64,000 nt of DNA, from positions 704,001-768,000 of the forward strand of contig OY776510.1 of the NCBI GenBank assembly GCA_963675665.1, in the 5' to 3' direction. Below the pieces are notes generated by a model, which saw only the letters and a list, made by a program, of their open reading frames with translations, was not told the DNA's origin and searched no databases. Source of the stretch: Spirochaetia bacterium. Lineage in GTDB: Bacteria > Spirochaetota > Spirochaetia > UBA9216. A program made the translations under genes and the position numbers. This document shows positions 18,748-28,186 of this stretch, piece after piece (position 1 is the first letter of the stretch; each line of letters starts with the position of its first letter).

Positions 18748-20491
18748 CGTTTTCCACCTGCTGCAGTCTGTGAATATCCCGGTAAAGCCCGGAACGTTTA
18801 ATAAGTTCCCCGTGCGTACCGGAAGTGCTGATTGATCCGTTTTCAATAACAATCACAAAATCCGCAACCGAAAGTGTTGCCGTCCGGTTTGATATTAAAA
18901 TCGAAGTTCTGCCCTTCCTTTTCTCCAGGAACCGGCTGAGAATCCTTGATTCTGTTTCGGCATCCACTGCGGACAGACAGTCGTCAAAAATCAGAACTTC
19001 CGGATCGGTCAGGTACGCCCGGGATACGGCAATCCTCTGTTTCTGCCCCCCGCTCAGGCTGTGCCCCCTCTCGCCGACCATAGTGTCCCAGCCGAAGGGA
19101 AATTCCTTCAGATCACGGTCTATGGTTGAAAATTCTGCAGCCTCACGAATTTTATCATCATCTGCGGCATCCAGAGCAAAGCTGATATTTTCTTTTATTG
19201 TTTCAGAAAAAAGAAAACTGTCCTGCTGAACAAGACCCACTGTTTCTCTCAGATTCCTTAAATTGTAACTTCTGATATCACGACCGCCTATAAAAATGCT
19301 TTCAGGCGGCGGGTCATAAAGCCTGGGAATCAGGCTTACAAGGGTGCTTTTCCCCGAACCCGTCCTGCCGAATATTCCGACCGAGACGCCCGACGGGATT
19401 CTGAAGCTGATGCCTGAAAGCACGTTTTCGCTATCCCCTTCCCATTTGAAATTAAGATTACGGAATTCTATATCGCCTGAAGGTTTTTCAGCTGCTTTCT
19501 CATCGGAATTCTCAGGCGATCTGATGCCGGGTTCGGCATCAAGTATTTCACCAATCCGCGACAGCGACGCCGCACCGCGTTCAAGCCAGTTGATGGTAAA
19601 TCCGGCCCCCATCATCGGCCAGACAAGCAAATTCAGATAGCTTAAAATTGCCGCGAAATCACCCGGACTTAACTGCCCGTCAATTACCTGCACCCCGCCG
19701 AAACGAAGCAGCAGAAGGGTAGTTCCTCCGGCCAGAAAATTAATCAGCGGAAAGAAAAAACCCCATATACGTACCAGCGCCATGGTTCGCCTCATGTATT
19801 CTTCGTTGGATTCCGAAAATTTATCGACTGCATATTTTTCACATGAGAGCGTCTTGAAAACCCTTATTCCGGACAGGGTTTCCTGAACCAGGGCGCTTAA
19901 GGCTGAAAACCCCTCCTGGACCCGCTTTGTACGCCGGCCCAGCAAACGCCCCATTCCAAGCACCAGAAAAGTAAGAACCGGTAGCGGCAGAATTATCCAT
20001 CCTGCAATAGAAGGATAATTAAAAAACAGAATTACAAGGATAAAAGCGGCCATAAACACACCGTCGAACAGCGAAACAACCGCCATTCCGCATGCCATCC
20101 GTATAGCTCTCATATCATTTGTAAAGCGGGCCATGATGTCGCCGGTTTTCCTGGTTTCATAGTACGAAGGCTCCAGTGACAAGAGGTGTGAGAACATATT
20201 GGTTCTCAGTCCGTTTTCAATTCTGCGTGCTGTTCCGGTAATAAAATACCGCCAGCCGAAACGCCCGGCAGTAACCCCTGCAGCTGTAAGCACCATCAGC
20301 AGGCAGTAATGCAGAATTCGGGAGGTTTCCGGGCTTCCTGCAGCTATTATATCGACTGCGGATTTCGTCAGGCGGGGGACATACAACTGTCCTGCATCAG
20401 TTATTAACAGACATATAAGTCCGGGAATGTACATCGGAAGATATTTTAAAAACCAGGGAAGCAGTCTTCGGTATTCTTTCAGCATGGACAC
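18737..20491 (-). CDS. ABC exporter, fused TMD-NBD (MdlA/YheI-like half, degenerate site)
   Basis: GRTGSGKS, LSGGQKQR, FDDCLSAVD (Glu->Asp), ISNR (His->Asn). Confidence 0.92.
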   Translation of the reverse strand: MSMLKEYRRLLPWFLKYLPMYIPGLICLLITDAGQLYVPRLTKSAVDIIAAGSPETSRILHYCLLMVLTAAGVTAGRFGWRYFITGTARRIENGLRTNMFSHLLSLEPSYYETRKTGDIMARFTNDMRAIRMACGMAVVSLFDGVFMAAFILVILFFNYPSIAGWIILPLPVLTFLVLGMGRLLGRRTKRVQEGFSALSALVQETLSGIRVFKTLSCEKYAVDKFSESNEEYMRRTMALVRIWGFFFPLINFLAGGTTLLLLRFGGVQVIDGQLSPGDFAAILSYLNLLVWPMMGAGFTINWLERGAASLSRIGEILDAEPGIRSPENSDEKAAEKPSGDIEFRNLNFKWEGDSENVLSGISFRIPSGVSVGIFGRTGSGKSTLVSLIPRLYDPPPESIFIGGRDIRSYNLRNLRETVGLVQQDSFLFSETIKENISFALDAADDDKIREAAEFSTIDRDLKEFPFGWDTMVGERGHSLSGGQKQRIAVSRAYLTDPEVLIFDDCLSAVDAETESRILSRFLEKRKGRTSILISNRTATLSVADFVIVIENGSISTSGTHGELIKRSGLYRDIHRLQQVENDGR

Positions 20492-20556
20492 GCTATTACT
20501 TTACACTTTAACAGAAGGCTTGTCATCCGCAGGAATTACCCGTAAATAAAAACTTC

Positions 20557-20585
20557 TTGACGGGCGGGAACCGGCATTTTATAAC
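20557..20585 (+). promoter_or_regulatory. Sigma70 promoter TTGACG-N17-TATAAC, leaderless transcript
   Basis: Near-consensus hexamers; ATG 7 nt after the -10; no SD. Confidence 0.7.
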
Positions 20586-20592
20586 TATCATC

Positions 20593-21735
20593 ATGATTAT
20601 AAAAGAAGCTGAACTTTATCATCTGAAAATTCCGTTTAAACTGAATTTCAGCCATGCGAAGGCCGATCGGTTTTTTTCGGATTCCATAATCCTGCGGCTG
20701 ACCGGGAATTCCGGCACCGGTTACGGCGAAGCCGTTATAAGGGAATATGTTTCAGGAAATACGGACGGAGAATTAACTGCCGAATTCAACAGCCTGCTTG
20801 AACCTTTCAGAACTGACGAATTGAGCGCCGACAGGGTAATATCAATACTTGAAAATACAGATCCCGATCCCTCCCGGCTGCCTTTACTCTGCGCAGTTGA
20901 GACAGCCGTTCTGGATCTTCTGTGTAACGCAGAAAAAACCGATATTTACGGCCTTCTCGGATATGCCCCGATCAGAAATGAAATAATCTACGGCGGAACG
21001 CTCCCGCTGCTCCCGGAACAGGCAGCTGAAAAACTCCTTAAAGGCTATAAACAGTTGGGGATAACCAACCTGCGCATTAAAATCAACAGAGATCCCGAAT
21101 ACAATAACGGAATTTTATCTCTGGCCCGCCGGATTATGGGTGAGACATTCGATATTAAAGTTGATGCAAATGCCGGATGGAACCTCGTTGCGGCAGAAAG
21201 AAACCTGCCTCTGCTGAGAGAATGGGGCGTTAAAATAATAGAAGAGCCCTTCGGCCGTGAAGAAATCTCCTCCGGGACGCAACAGCTTGAGAATCTCATT
21301 GATTCGGGACTTGCCGAAGGTATGGTTTTCATGGCGGATGAGTCAGCGCTGACTGCCGCGGATATTTTACAGGCGGCGGAACAGAAAACCTTCGGAATGG
21401 TGAATATCCGCCTTGCCAAAAACGGGGGCATCCTGAAGGCACTTAAACTGGCGGAAACTGCCGCAAAATGCGGGATTCGCTATATGTCGGGCTGCCATGT
21501 AGGCGAAACGGGAATTCTGTCTGCAGCAGGCAGAGCAGTTGCATCCATTATGAAGCAGCCGGAATACGTCGACGGTTCATTCGACTCGCATCTTCTCAGC
21601 GGAAATATTACTGTTGATGATCTCAGCTTCGGCGAAGGCGGAAAAGCCGGTATAATAAGAAACTCCGGAATCGGTTTTAAAATCGATCAAAATAAACTTG
21701 AAGGATTAACCTGTGAAAGAAACAGATGTTTTTAA
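20593..21735 (+). CDS. Enolase-superfamily (muconate lactonising/epimerase subgroup) enzyme with atypical catalytic residues
   Basis: GYGEA, AVETAVLDL, metal ligands DAN/EEP/ADES; RIK and NIRLAKNGG in place of the usual Lys positions. Confidence 0.85.
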   Translation: MIIKEAELYHLKIPFKLNFSHAKADRFFSDSIILRLTGNSGTGYGEAVIREYVSGNTDGELTAEFNSLLEPFRTDELSADRVISILENTDPDPSRLPLLCAVETAVLDLLCNAEKTDIYGLLGYAPIRNEIIYGGTLPLLPEQAAEKLLKGYKQLGITNLRIKINRDPEYNNGILSLARRIMGETFDIKVDANAGWNLVAAERNLPLLREWGVKIIEEPFGREEISSGTQQLENLIDSGLAEGMVFMADESALTAADILQAAEQKTFGMVNIRLAKNGGILKALKLAETAAKCGIRYMSGCHVGETGILSAAGRAVASIMKQPEYVDGSFDSHLLSGNITVDDLSFGEGGKAGIIRNSGIGFKIDQNKLEGLTCERNRCF

Positions 21736-22528
21736 AAAATGGCTTGAAAAAAACAACCCCGAACTTGAAAAGTGCAGAGGGAAAATCCTTGCAGTGACCT
21801 TTTCCGCAGGTAAGGATTCATCCGTATGTCAGTACTTTCTTAATGAAGTAAAAGAAGAATATAATTTTGAACTAAAGGCGTTTCTGTGTGCTTTCCCGCA
21901 TCACCGGTATACCGATGATATCAATACCAGGCTGCAAAAATACTGGAAGGAAAAGGGAATAGATCTGACTGTTCAGCTGCCGGATGAGCCTGATGAAATA
22001 ATGTCGGAAAGTGCAAATCCCTGCCGCCCCTGCCAGAACGTCAGAAAGAAGTCGCTTCCCGGTATTTTTTCATATATTGAAAGACCTGTTTCAGAGGTAG
22101 TCATTGTTTCAGGGCACAGCCTTTGGGATATTGCATCATACGCGCTTAATCGGCATATTGCTGAACAGCTTGCCGACGCTCCGGAAAACAGTGAGACACT
22201 GTCCGAAAAGAGGCTGTTGGAAATTTCACAGCGGTTTTACCCTTTCTTTACCATGCCTGAAGGATACTCGGTATACAGACCGCTTCTTCATCTTAATCAA
22301 CCGGAAATCCACCGGTTCTGTATTGAAAATACAATTCCAGTTATTGAGACGGAATGCCGATATTCAGGTTGGAGGCCCAAAAATAACCTGTCCGAATTCT
22401 TTGAGAAGTTTGGTTATTCCTTTAACTATGAGAAAGTTTTTAATTTTGCGAGAAGAAATCTCAATATTATACCTCTCGAACAAATTACCGAAATTGAAAG
22501 CGGAGAATACCTCGGCAATCATTTCTGA
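21713..22528 (+). CDS. Divergent PP-loop ATP pyrophosphatase (TtcA-like)
   Basis: SAGKDS PP-loop, CRPC..VRKK, SGH, YRPLL; GTG start behind GAAGGA. Confidence 0.75.
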   Translation: MKETDVFKKWLEKNNPELEKCRGKILAVTFSAGKDSSVCQYFLNEVKEEYNFELKAFLCAFPHHRYTDDINTRLQKYWKEKGIDLTVQLPDEPDEIMSESANPCRPCQNVRKKSLPGIFSYIERPVSEVVIVSGHSLWDIASYALNRHIAEQLADAPENSETLSEKRLLEISQRFYPFFTMPEGYSVYRPLLHLNQPEIHRFCIENTIPVIETECRYSGWRPKNNLSEFFEKFGYSFNYEKVFNFARRNLNIIPLEQITEIESGEYLGNHF

Positions 22529-22549
22529 TATGTTATTCGGGGTCTGCCT

Positions 22550-24448
22550 GTGATCTCAAATCCGATATTAACAGATACGGACAGTATTCTGTTAAAAGGC
22601 CGTACGCCTCAGTTCCAGCAGAACCTGAATGAAGTTAACTGCGTTAACAGCAAAGCAATCTACCACTACGTAAGGCGCCATAAACCGGAAAAGCTTAAGG
22701 ATCTGTTTGTTAAACTTCCCGAACCATACAACAAGATAGAGAACATCGAAGCCTTTCTTACCGATGAAAACAACTGGGTTTCCTCCGAACTCATAACCGT
22801 GCTTTTCAGAAATGTCGTCAATATTTTTAAGGACCCAAGCATCCCGTTCCATATCGGAATGGAGACGATTACAACCCGTAATATAACCATGCTCCTGAGC
22901 TTTTTCCTTACCACCTTTTCGACGCCCCGAACGGTTTTAAAACGTCTTAACCAGATAAACCAGCAGTTTAATACGACAAAAATAATTGAAACAGTTTACG
23001 TATCAAGAAAACGCACGGTTGTCAGGCTGCACTGGAAAGAAGGGAGAATCCTGGATAAAAATGTCTGTCTTTATAATCAGGGCATATACGCAGCCATTCC
23101 TACCCTTTGGGGCCTGCCGCCTCAGGAGGTTTCCGAAACAGCATGTTATTTTGACGGGGCGCCGTACTGTCAGTACAATATTACCTTCCAGAAGCGCAAA
23201 ATCGGTAATTTCTTTTTAAGAAACAACAGGAAAACGAAGAAAGCAAAACTTCTTTTGGCGCTTGAAGAAATCGAAAGCGACAAATTACTGCTTAAAAAGA
23301 AAAATACGGAAGTTATCAAACTCAATATCGAACTCAGGGAAAAGGTTGAAAGACTTAAAGCTATAAATGAGGCATCCCGCCTTCTTGTTTCAATGGTTGA
23401 TACTGACGAAATACTGAAAACTACAATGGATATCATTGTTGATGTGCTGAAATTCGACCGCGCGCTTCTGATGCTAATCGATAAGGATAACAAGTATCTT
23501 GAATATGTCCACTCAACAGGCGCGGCGCTGGAAGAAGTAGATCAAAAACTTAAACCGTACCGTATTCCGTTGTCACGTACAAGCAATATATTAATTAAAA
23601 CAACCCTGAGCGGAACACCCTGGCTGGTAAAGGATGCAGAAAAAGCCGGTTTAAACCCGAACAACCTGATAATAAAGGATTTTAAACCGAATTCAATAGC
23701 TTTCTGCCCGCTGATAACATCAAAAGGCTCAATAGGAATTCTTGCAGCCGACAGAACCGAATCCGCCAGAATGATTACTGCAAAAGAACTCGAGCATCTT
23801 TCCATTTTCGTAAACAATATGGCAGCGACACTGTATAAAGCACAGCAGGATGAAGAACTGGAAAACAGTTATTTCAATACGGTAAAGGCACTTGTCAAAG
23901 CTATAGAAGAAAAGGATCTGTATACCCGCGGTCATTCGGAACGCGTCTCAAAACTTGCAGTCAGAATGGCCGAGGTTATGGGCCTTCCGAACACCGAAAT
24001 TGAAATTATCGGTATATGCAGCCTGCTTCATGATGTCGGCAAGATCGGAATACCCGAATCGATAGTTCGCAGCCCTAAACAACTGACGGCGGCCGAATAC
24101 AAGATAATACGAACACATCCCGAGAAAGGCTGTGAAATCGTCAGTCCGATAAGAAGGCTGAACGAACATTCTTCACTGATCAGACATCACCATGAACGGT
24201 ACGACGGAAAAGGTTATCCTGACGGACTGAAGCGGGACCAGATTCCGGTCAGTTCGATGATAATCTCGGTAGCGGATACATTCGACGCAATCACATCCTC
24301 AAGAGCCTACAGAAAGGGCCTTCCCAAGGAAGAGGCAGCCAGACGGATTCAGGAATCAAGGGGAACACAGTTTTCTCCCGAGGTAATTGATATCTTTATG
24401 AAAGTTTTTAATGAAGAGATAAGTAAAGACAACAGCTTCCTTGAATAA
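22550..24448 (+). CDS. V4R/H-NOX-like sensor-coiled coil-GAF-HD-GYP cyclic di-GMP phosphodiesterase
   Basis: ETACYFDGAPYCQY V4R-type motif; GAF; YTRGHSERV, LLHDVGKIG, HHERYDGKGYP, VADTFDA. Confidence 0.88.
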   Translation: MISNPILTDTDSILLKGRTPQFQQNLNEVNCVNSKAIYHYVRRHKPEKLKDLFVKLPEPYNKIENIEAFLTDENNWVSSELITVLFRNVVNIFKDPSIPFHIGMETITTRNITMLLSFFLTTFSTPRTVLKRLNQINQQFNTTKIIETVYVSRKRTVVRLHWKEGRILDKNVCLYNQGIYAAIPTLWGLPPQEVSETACYFDGAPYCQYNITFQKRKIGNFFLRNNRKTKKAKLLLALEEIESDKLLLKKKNTEVIKLNIELREKVERLKAINEASRLLVSMVDTDEILKTTMDIIVDVLKFDRALLMLIDKDNKYLEYVHSTGAALEEVDQKLKPYRIPLSRTSNILIKTTLSGTPWLVKDAEKAGLNPNNLIIKDFKPNSIAFCPLITSKGSIGILAADRTESARMITAKELEHLSIFVNNMAATLYKAQQDEELENSYFNTVKALVKAIEEKDLYTRGHSERVSKLAVRMAEVMGLPNTEIEIIGICSLLHDVGKIGIPESIVRSPKQLTAAEYKIIRTHPEKGCEIVSPIRRLNEHSSLIRHHHERYDGKGYPDGLKRDQIPVSSMIISVADTFDAITSSRAYRKGLPKEEAARRIQESRGTQFSPEVIDIFMKVFNEEISKDNSFLE

Positions 24449-24530
24449 ATGACTTCTTTTTCATGAACCTTTTTAATAAATAAATAAAAAAATACTTGCT
24501 CTGTTTCTTTTCTCGTGATGAAATATTCTC

Positions 24531-24590
24531 GGAGGGGCAGGCGAGGTCCCTCCTGCTCCTCAAAAAGGCCAACAATATTTAAGAGGAGTA
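24531..24590 (+). promoter_or_regulatory. Candidate bistable 5' leader with anti-SD
   Basis: Two mutually exclusive pairings; one pairs TGCTCCTC with the SD GAGGAGTA. Confidence 0.45.
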
Positions 24591-24595
24591 TTGCC

Positions 24596-25474
24596 ATGAA
24601 AAAAATCAATCTGTCCAGATTCTGTCAATCAAAACTGAATGTTATGATGTTCAAACGTTTTAATCCGCAGCTTTGTTTTAATTATATGCAGCTGCTCGGC
24701 AGGATATATTACGCGGTTAACCGAAAGGAACGTGAATTAATCAGTCAGAACATCCGGGATCTTCTTGAAGGAAAGGATGAGTCCTATATCAGGAAAACTA
24801 CAAAAGAAGCTTTCCGCGGAATATTCACCCATTACTTTGAAAAAATGTTTTCTGCTTACAAAAATTATCCGGACATAAAAAGATTCATCAACGAAAAATT
24901 CAAAATAGAAAATGAGCATCTGATCAGAAATGCGCTCAACGGAGGCAAGGGTGTTGTTATGGTAACCGCACACTGGGGCGCCGTCGAATTTATTCCCTGG
25001 CTGCTGGCTTTACGGGGGTATCCGTTGAGTGTAATCCTTGAATGTCAGACTCCTCTGCTGATGAAAGCACTGACTGATAAAACCAGGTTTGTCGATACCG
25101 AGCTCGTAATGGAAGAAAACTGCAATGTCCTGTTTACTGCATTCGACTGTCTGAAAAGAAACAGGGTTCTTATGACTGAATGTGATGAAGTTGATAAATG
25201 GCGCCGAAGAAAAAATCAGACAATCAGTCTCTTCGGAAAAACCCTTTATTTCGACAATACGCTTGATATCCTTGCCAAAAAAGCCGACTGCCCGGTAATA
25301 GGAACATTTCTTAAACGAAACCAGGACGGTACTTACACCCTTCTGCTTGAAGAGATAAAGAGGGAAGAGGGAACAGCGAAAAATGCGCTGGAACTCTGGC
25401 AAAAATATGTTTCGGAATCACCGGAACAGTGGTATCAATGGAAAAAATGGAAAAAAATGAAGGCTGTCAGTTAA
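24596..25474 (+). CDS. LpxL-like/lysophospholipid acyltransferase family protein
   Basis: GVVMVTAHWGAVE, ESPEQWYQW; start ATG 24596 behind GAGGAG. Confidence 0.85.
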   Translation: MKKINLSRFCQSKLNVMMFKRFNPQLCFNYMQLLGRIYYAVNRKERELISQNIRDLLEGKDESYIRKTTKEAFRGIFTHYFEKMFSAYKNYPDIKRFINEKFKIENEHLIRNALNGGKGVVMVTAHWGAVEFIPWLLALRGYPLSVILECQTPLLMKALTDKTRFVDTELVMEENCNVLFTAFDCLKRNRVLMTECDEVDKWRRRKNQTISLFGKTLYFDNTLDILAKKADCPVIGTFLKRNQDGTYTLLLEEIKREEGTAKNALELWQKYVSESPEQWYQWKKWKKMKAVS

Positions 25475-26235
25475 TCGTTCATTATCCTTTTTATTTCATC
25501 CTGAAGGGTTTCATACATAAAGCTGTGAATTCTGCTTCTGGTGTCGGCGGTGGTTGTCTTGTCAAAGAGCAATACGTATGTTGTACCGCCGGCATCAACC
25601 CGTGTTCCCATTATCGGGCCGGAAACACGGGCAATCTTTCCGCGCAGTTTGAGCTGAATATCCGAAAGAACTGAATGCACCTGAAGTACCTGTTCCTGGT
25701 CCAGCATAAATGCCATTCCGACCGAACTGATATCCCTGATGCGTCCGGATAAGAATTTTTCATTGATCTTGACATTCAGTTCGGTATTCTGCAGATTCCA
25801 GCAGTTGATACGAAGGTACTTACGCCTTCCCTTTGCTTCATTTGCATCAAGGGTCTTAAGGATTATCCGGCGGCTCTGTTCTAGTCCGAGTTTCAGTTTG
25901 ATATATCCGCAGGGTATCATTAAATCCATCAGATATGATTGTGCAAGAGCCTTGTCTTCATTATAGGTGAGCACCCCTATCTGGGCGGAATTGTCATCAG
26001 AGGACATCATCTCTTTTATATATTCCTGCCAACCCTTTGTATCAAGATTGTCGTCGATATTAACATAAACAATCGGTTCGTCAAAATCACAGATCACTGA
26101 ACGGAATTTTTTGTGATCTGAAACAAGATAAACAGCATATTCATTTGAAACAAGTTCGCGAACAAGATCCTGCTGAACAACCGAATGAGGATAAAGAAAA
26201 AATACTTTTTTAGCCATAAATGTATTGCGATCCAT
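25471..26235 (-). CDS. PilZ-domain c-di-GMP receptor
   Basis: RRKYLR and DISSVG motifs; GAGGTG RBS. Confidence 0.85.
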   Translation of the reverse strand: MDRNTFMAKKVFFLYPHSVVQQDLVRELVSNEYAVYLVSDHKKFRSVICDFDEPIVYVNIDDNLDTKGWQEYIKEMMSSDDNSAQIGVLTYNEDKALAQSYLMDLMIPCGYIKLKLGLEQSRRIILKTLDANEAKGRRKYLRINCWNLQNTELNVKINEKFLSGRIRDISSVGMAFMLDQEQVLQVHSVLSDIQLKLRGKIARVSGPIMGTRVDAGGTTYVLLFDKTTTADTRSRIHSFMYETLQDEIKRIMND

Positions 26236-26268
26236 TAACACCTCTTTATGTTATGATAAAATGATATT

Positions 26269-26832
26269 ATGATTATTTCTACCTTTCTTGGTAATAATGG
26301 CAAAAAATATGAGCTGACGCGGCACAACCTGCCGTGGATGATGCTTACTTATCTCAGTTTTTATCACAGTCTTCGCTGGTCTGAAAAATTCAAGGGTGAA
26401 TATTCCAAATTCGGAAATCCTGAACTCCTGATTCTCAAACCCCGTATATTTATGAATAACAGCGGGGAGAGCGTTGTTTCAGCCATGTCTTTCTTCAAGC
26501 TCAAACCTGCTGATCTTCTGGTAATTCATGATGATCTGGAACTTCCTTTCGGCACAGTTCAACTGAAAAAAGGCGGCGGAGCCGGAGGGCATAACGGGTT
26601 GCGCTCCATTATCAGGCAAACCGGCAGTTCGGACTTTTTCAGATTCAGGCTTGGCATATCGAGACCCCCGGCAGGACGCGATGTTTCATCCTGGGTACTC
26701 AGCAGGTTTTCTTCCGACGAAGAGGCAATTCTTCCTGATTACCTGAGAAAGGCAGCAGAACTGTACGAACAGGTACTCGCCGGAGGGCTGAAACCGGAAG
26801 CTAAAATAAAACTTTTTGAACCCCGGGATTGA
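26269..26832 (+). CDS. pth: Peptidyl-tRNA hydrolase
   Basis: LGN.G..Y..TRHN, KP.IFMNNSG, HDDLELPFG, GGHNGLRSI. Confidence 0.95.
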   Translation: MIISTFLGNNGKKYELTRHNLPWMMLTYLSFYHSLRWSEKFKGEYSKFGNPELLILKPRIFMNNSGESVVSAMSFFKLKPADLLVIHDDLELPFGTVQLKKGGGAGGHNGLRSIIRQTGSSDFFRFRLGISRPPAGRDVSSWVLSRFSSDEEAILPDYLRKAAELYEQVLAGGLKPEAKIKLFEPRD

Positions 26833-26862
26833 TATTGGTTCTTTGATAGCTTACTCTTTAGT

Positions 26863-27426
26863 ATGAGGAAACTGATGTTTGTTAAAGCTGAAATCTGGAA
26901 TGTAGCGCATACCGATCAGGGTTACGCAGTGCTGGTAAAACCAATCGGCCATAATGATGCAATTCCGATATTTATAGGACAGATAGAAGCCCAGTCCATT
27001 CTGATAGGAATGGGAGACATTCCAATGCCGAGACCCAACACCCATGATTTACTGATTACAAGCCTGGCAAAAACCGGCTGCACCCTCGAAAAGATCGAAA
27101 TTTCGGAAATTAAGGACGGTATTTTTTATTCAACCGTATATATAAAAACGATAACCGGGACTGTTCAGGTGGATTCCAGACCGTCGGACAGTATAGCTCT
27201 TGCAATAAGAGCAGATTGTCCCATTTTCATATCTGAAGAAGTTATTGATGAGGCCGGCGTCTCGCTTCAGTTCATTACCGAAAAAACGGAAAAACTCAAT
27301 TCCGACTATGATCGGGAACGAATAAAACTGGAAAAAGAACTGGACGAGGCTGTTAAGCTCGAAAATTACGAAGCTGCAGCCGAAATCCGCGATCGGCTGA
27401 AAAAACTGGATGAAGAGTTTTTTTAA
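26863..27426 (+). CDS. Bifunctional nuclease (DUF151) with UVR domain
   Basis: IPIFIG..EA, RPNTHDL, DSRPSDSIALA, ENYEAAAEIRD. Confidence 0.9.
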   Translation: MRKLMFVKAEIWNVAHTDQGYAVLVKPIGHNDAIPIFIGQIEAQSILIGMGDIPMPRPNTHDLLITSLAKTGCTLEKIEISEIKDGIFYSTVYIKTITGTVQVDSRPSDSIALAIRADCPIFISEEVIDEAGVSLQFITEKTEKLNSDYDRERIKLEKELDEAVKLENYEAAAEIRDRLKKLDEEFF

Positions 27427-27526
27427 TAAACGATGAATAACCGTCCGGCGGCATCCCATTCTTCCCGGTTTATTATTTTATAAAGTTCTTGACCTCTGAA
27501 TCCCGTATATGTAAACTTGATTTCAA

Positions 27527-28171
27527 ATGAGCAGAACAATCCTTTTGACCAGCGGATCAAGATACAGCAGCTTAATAAACCGGAAAATGAAGCAGAGCGG
27601 CGAATCTGTTATACTGCTGACCGACGGAAACGAACCTCCGGCAGAGCAGGCTGTAAAAAATGAACTTCAGGTTGTATGGAATAAACGCTCTCCGCTTTCC
27701 GCCCGAAACGCCGTGCTGTCCGCGCTGAATTCATATAACGGCATTGACGAGGCAGTCCTTACTTATCAACCCGGCGGTTCAAATAAAACTTTTCACGAAA
27801 CCTCTTCGGCAGTATACGATCTTCAGGTAGACCGCTGGATAAAGGGATTCGGATATCTTCTAAAAGAACTTATCCAGCTTTTTCTGAAACAGCAGCACGG
27901 TCAAATATCTTTTATCCTTGATAAAAACGGAATGAAGGTTATGACGCCTCTTGAAAGCGCCATATTCAGCTATCTGAAAAATCTGATACAGAACCTTTCC
28001 GTCCTTTACCAGAATGAGCCGTTCAATATTCTCTGTTTCGAATCGGATACAAGCCGGAAAGACGATTTTTTGGATTTTTTCATTAAAACATCGGCGGAAA
28101 CAAAACATACACCGGGAAAGATTTATCGTTTCGTTGATAAAAAAGGCCTGTTTGACTTCACCAGAAATTAA
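27527..28171 (+). CDS. Hypothetical protein, possibly a degenerate SDR/Rossmann fold
   Basis: ORF with own promoter TTGACC-N17-TAAACT; weak TILLTSG / GIDEAVL pattern. Confidence 0.6.
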   Translation: MSRTILLTSGSRYSSLINRKMKQSGESVILLTDGNEPPAEQAVKNELQVVWNKRSPLSARNAVLSALNSYNGIDEAVLTYQPGGSNKTFHETSSAVYDLQVDRWIKGFGYLLKELIQLFLKQQHGQISFILDKNGMKVMTPLESAIFSYLKNLIQNLSVLYQNEPFNILCFESDTSRKDDFLDFFIKTSAETKHTPGKIYRFVDKKGLFDFTRN

Positions 28172-28186
28172 TTATACTGTATCGAT

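Noticed and set aside
24449-24595. Known c-di-GMP riboswitch downstream of the HD-GYP gene
   Set aside because: No GEMM-type GNRA/receptor or class II features recognised by eye; kept only as an unknown switch candidate
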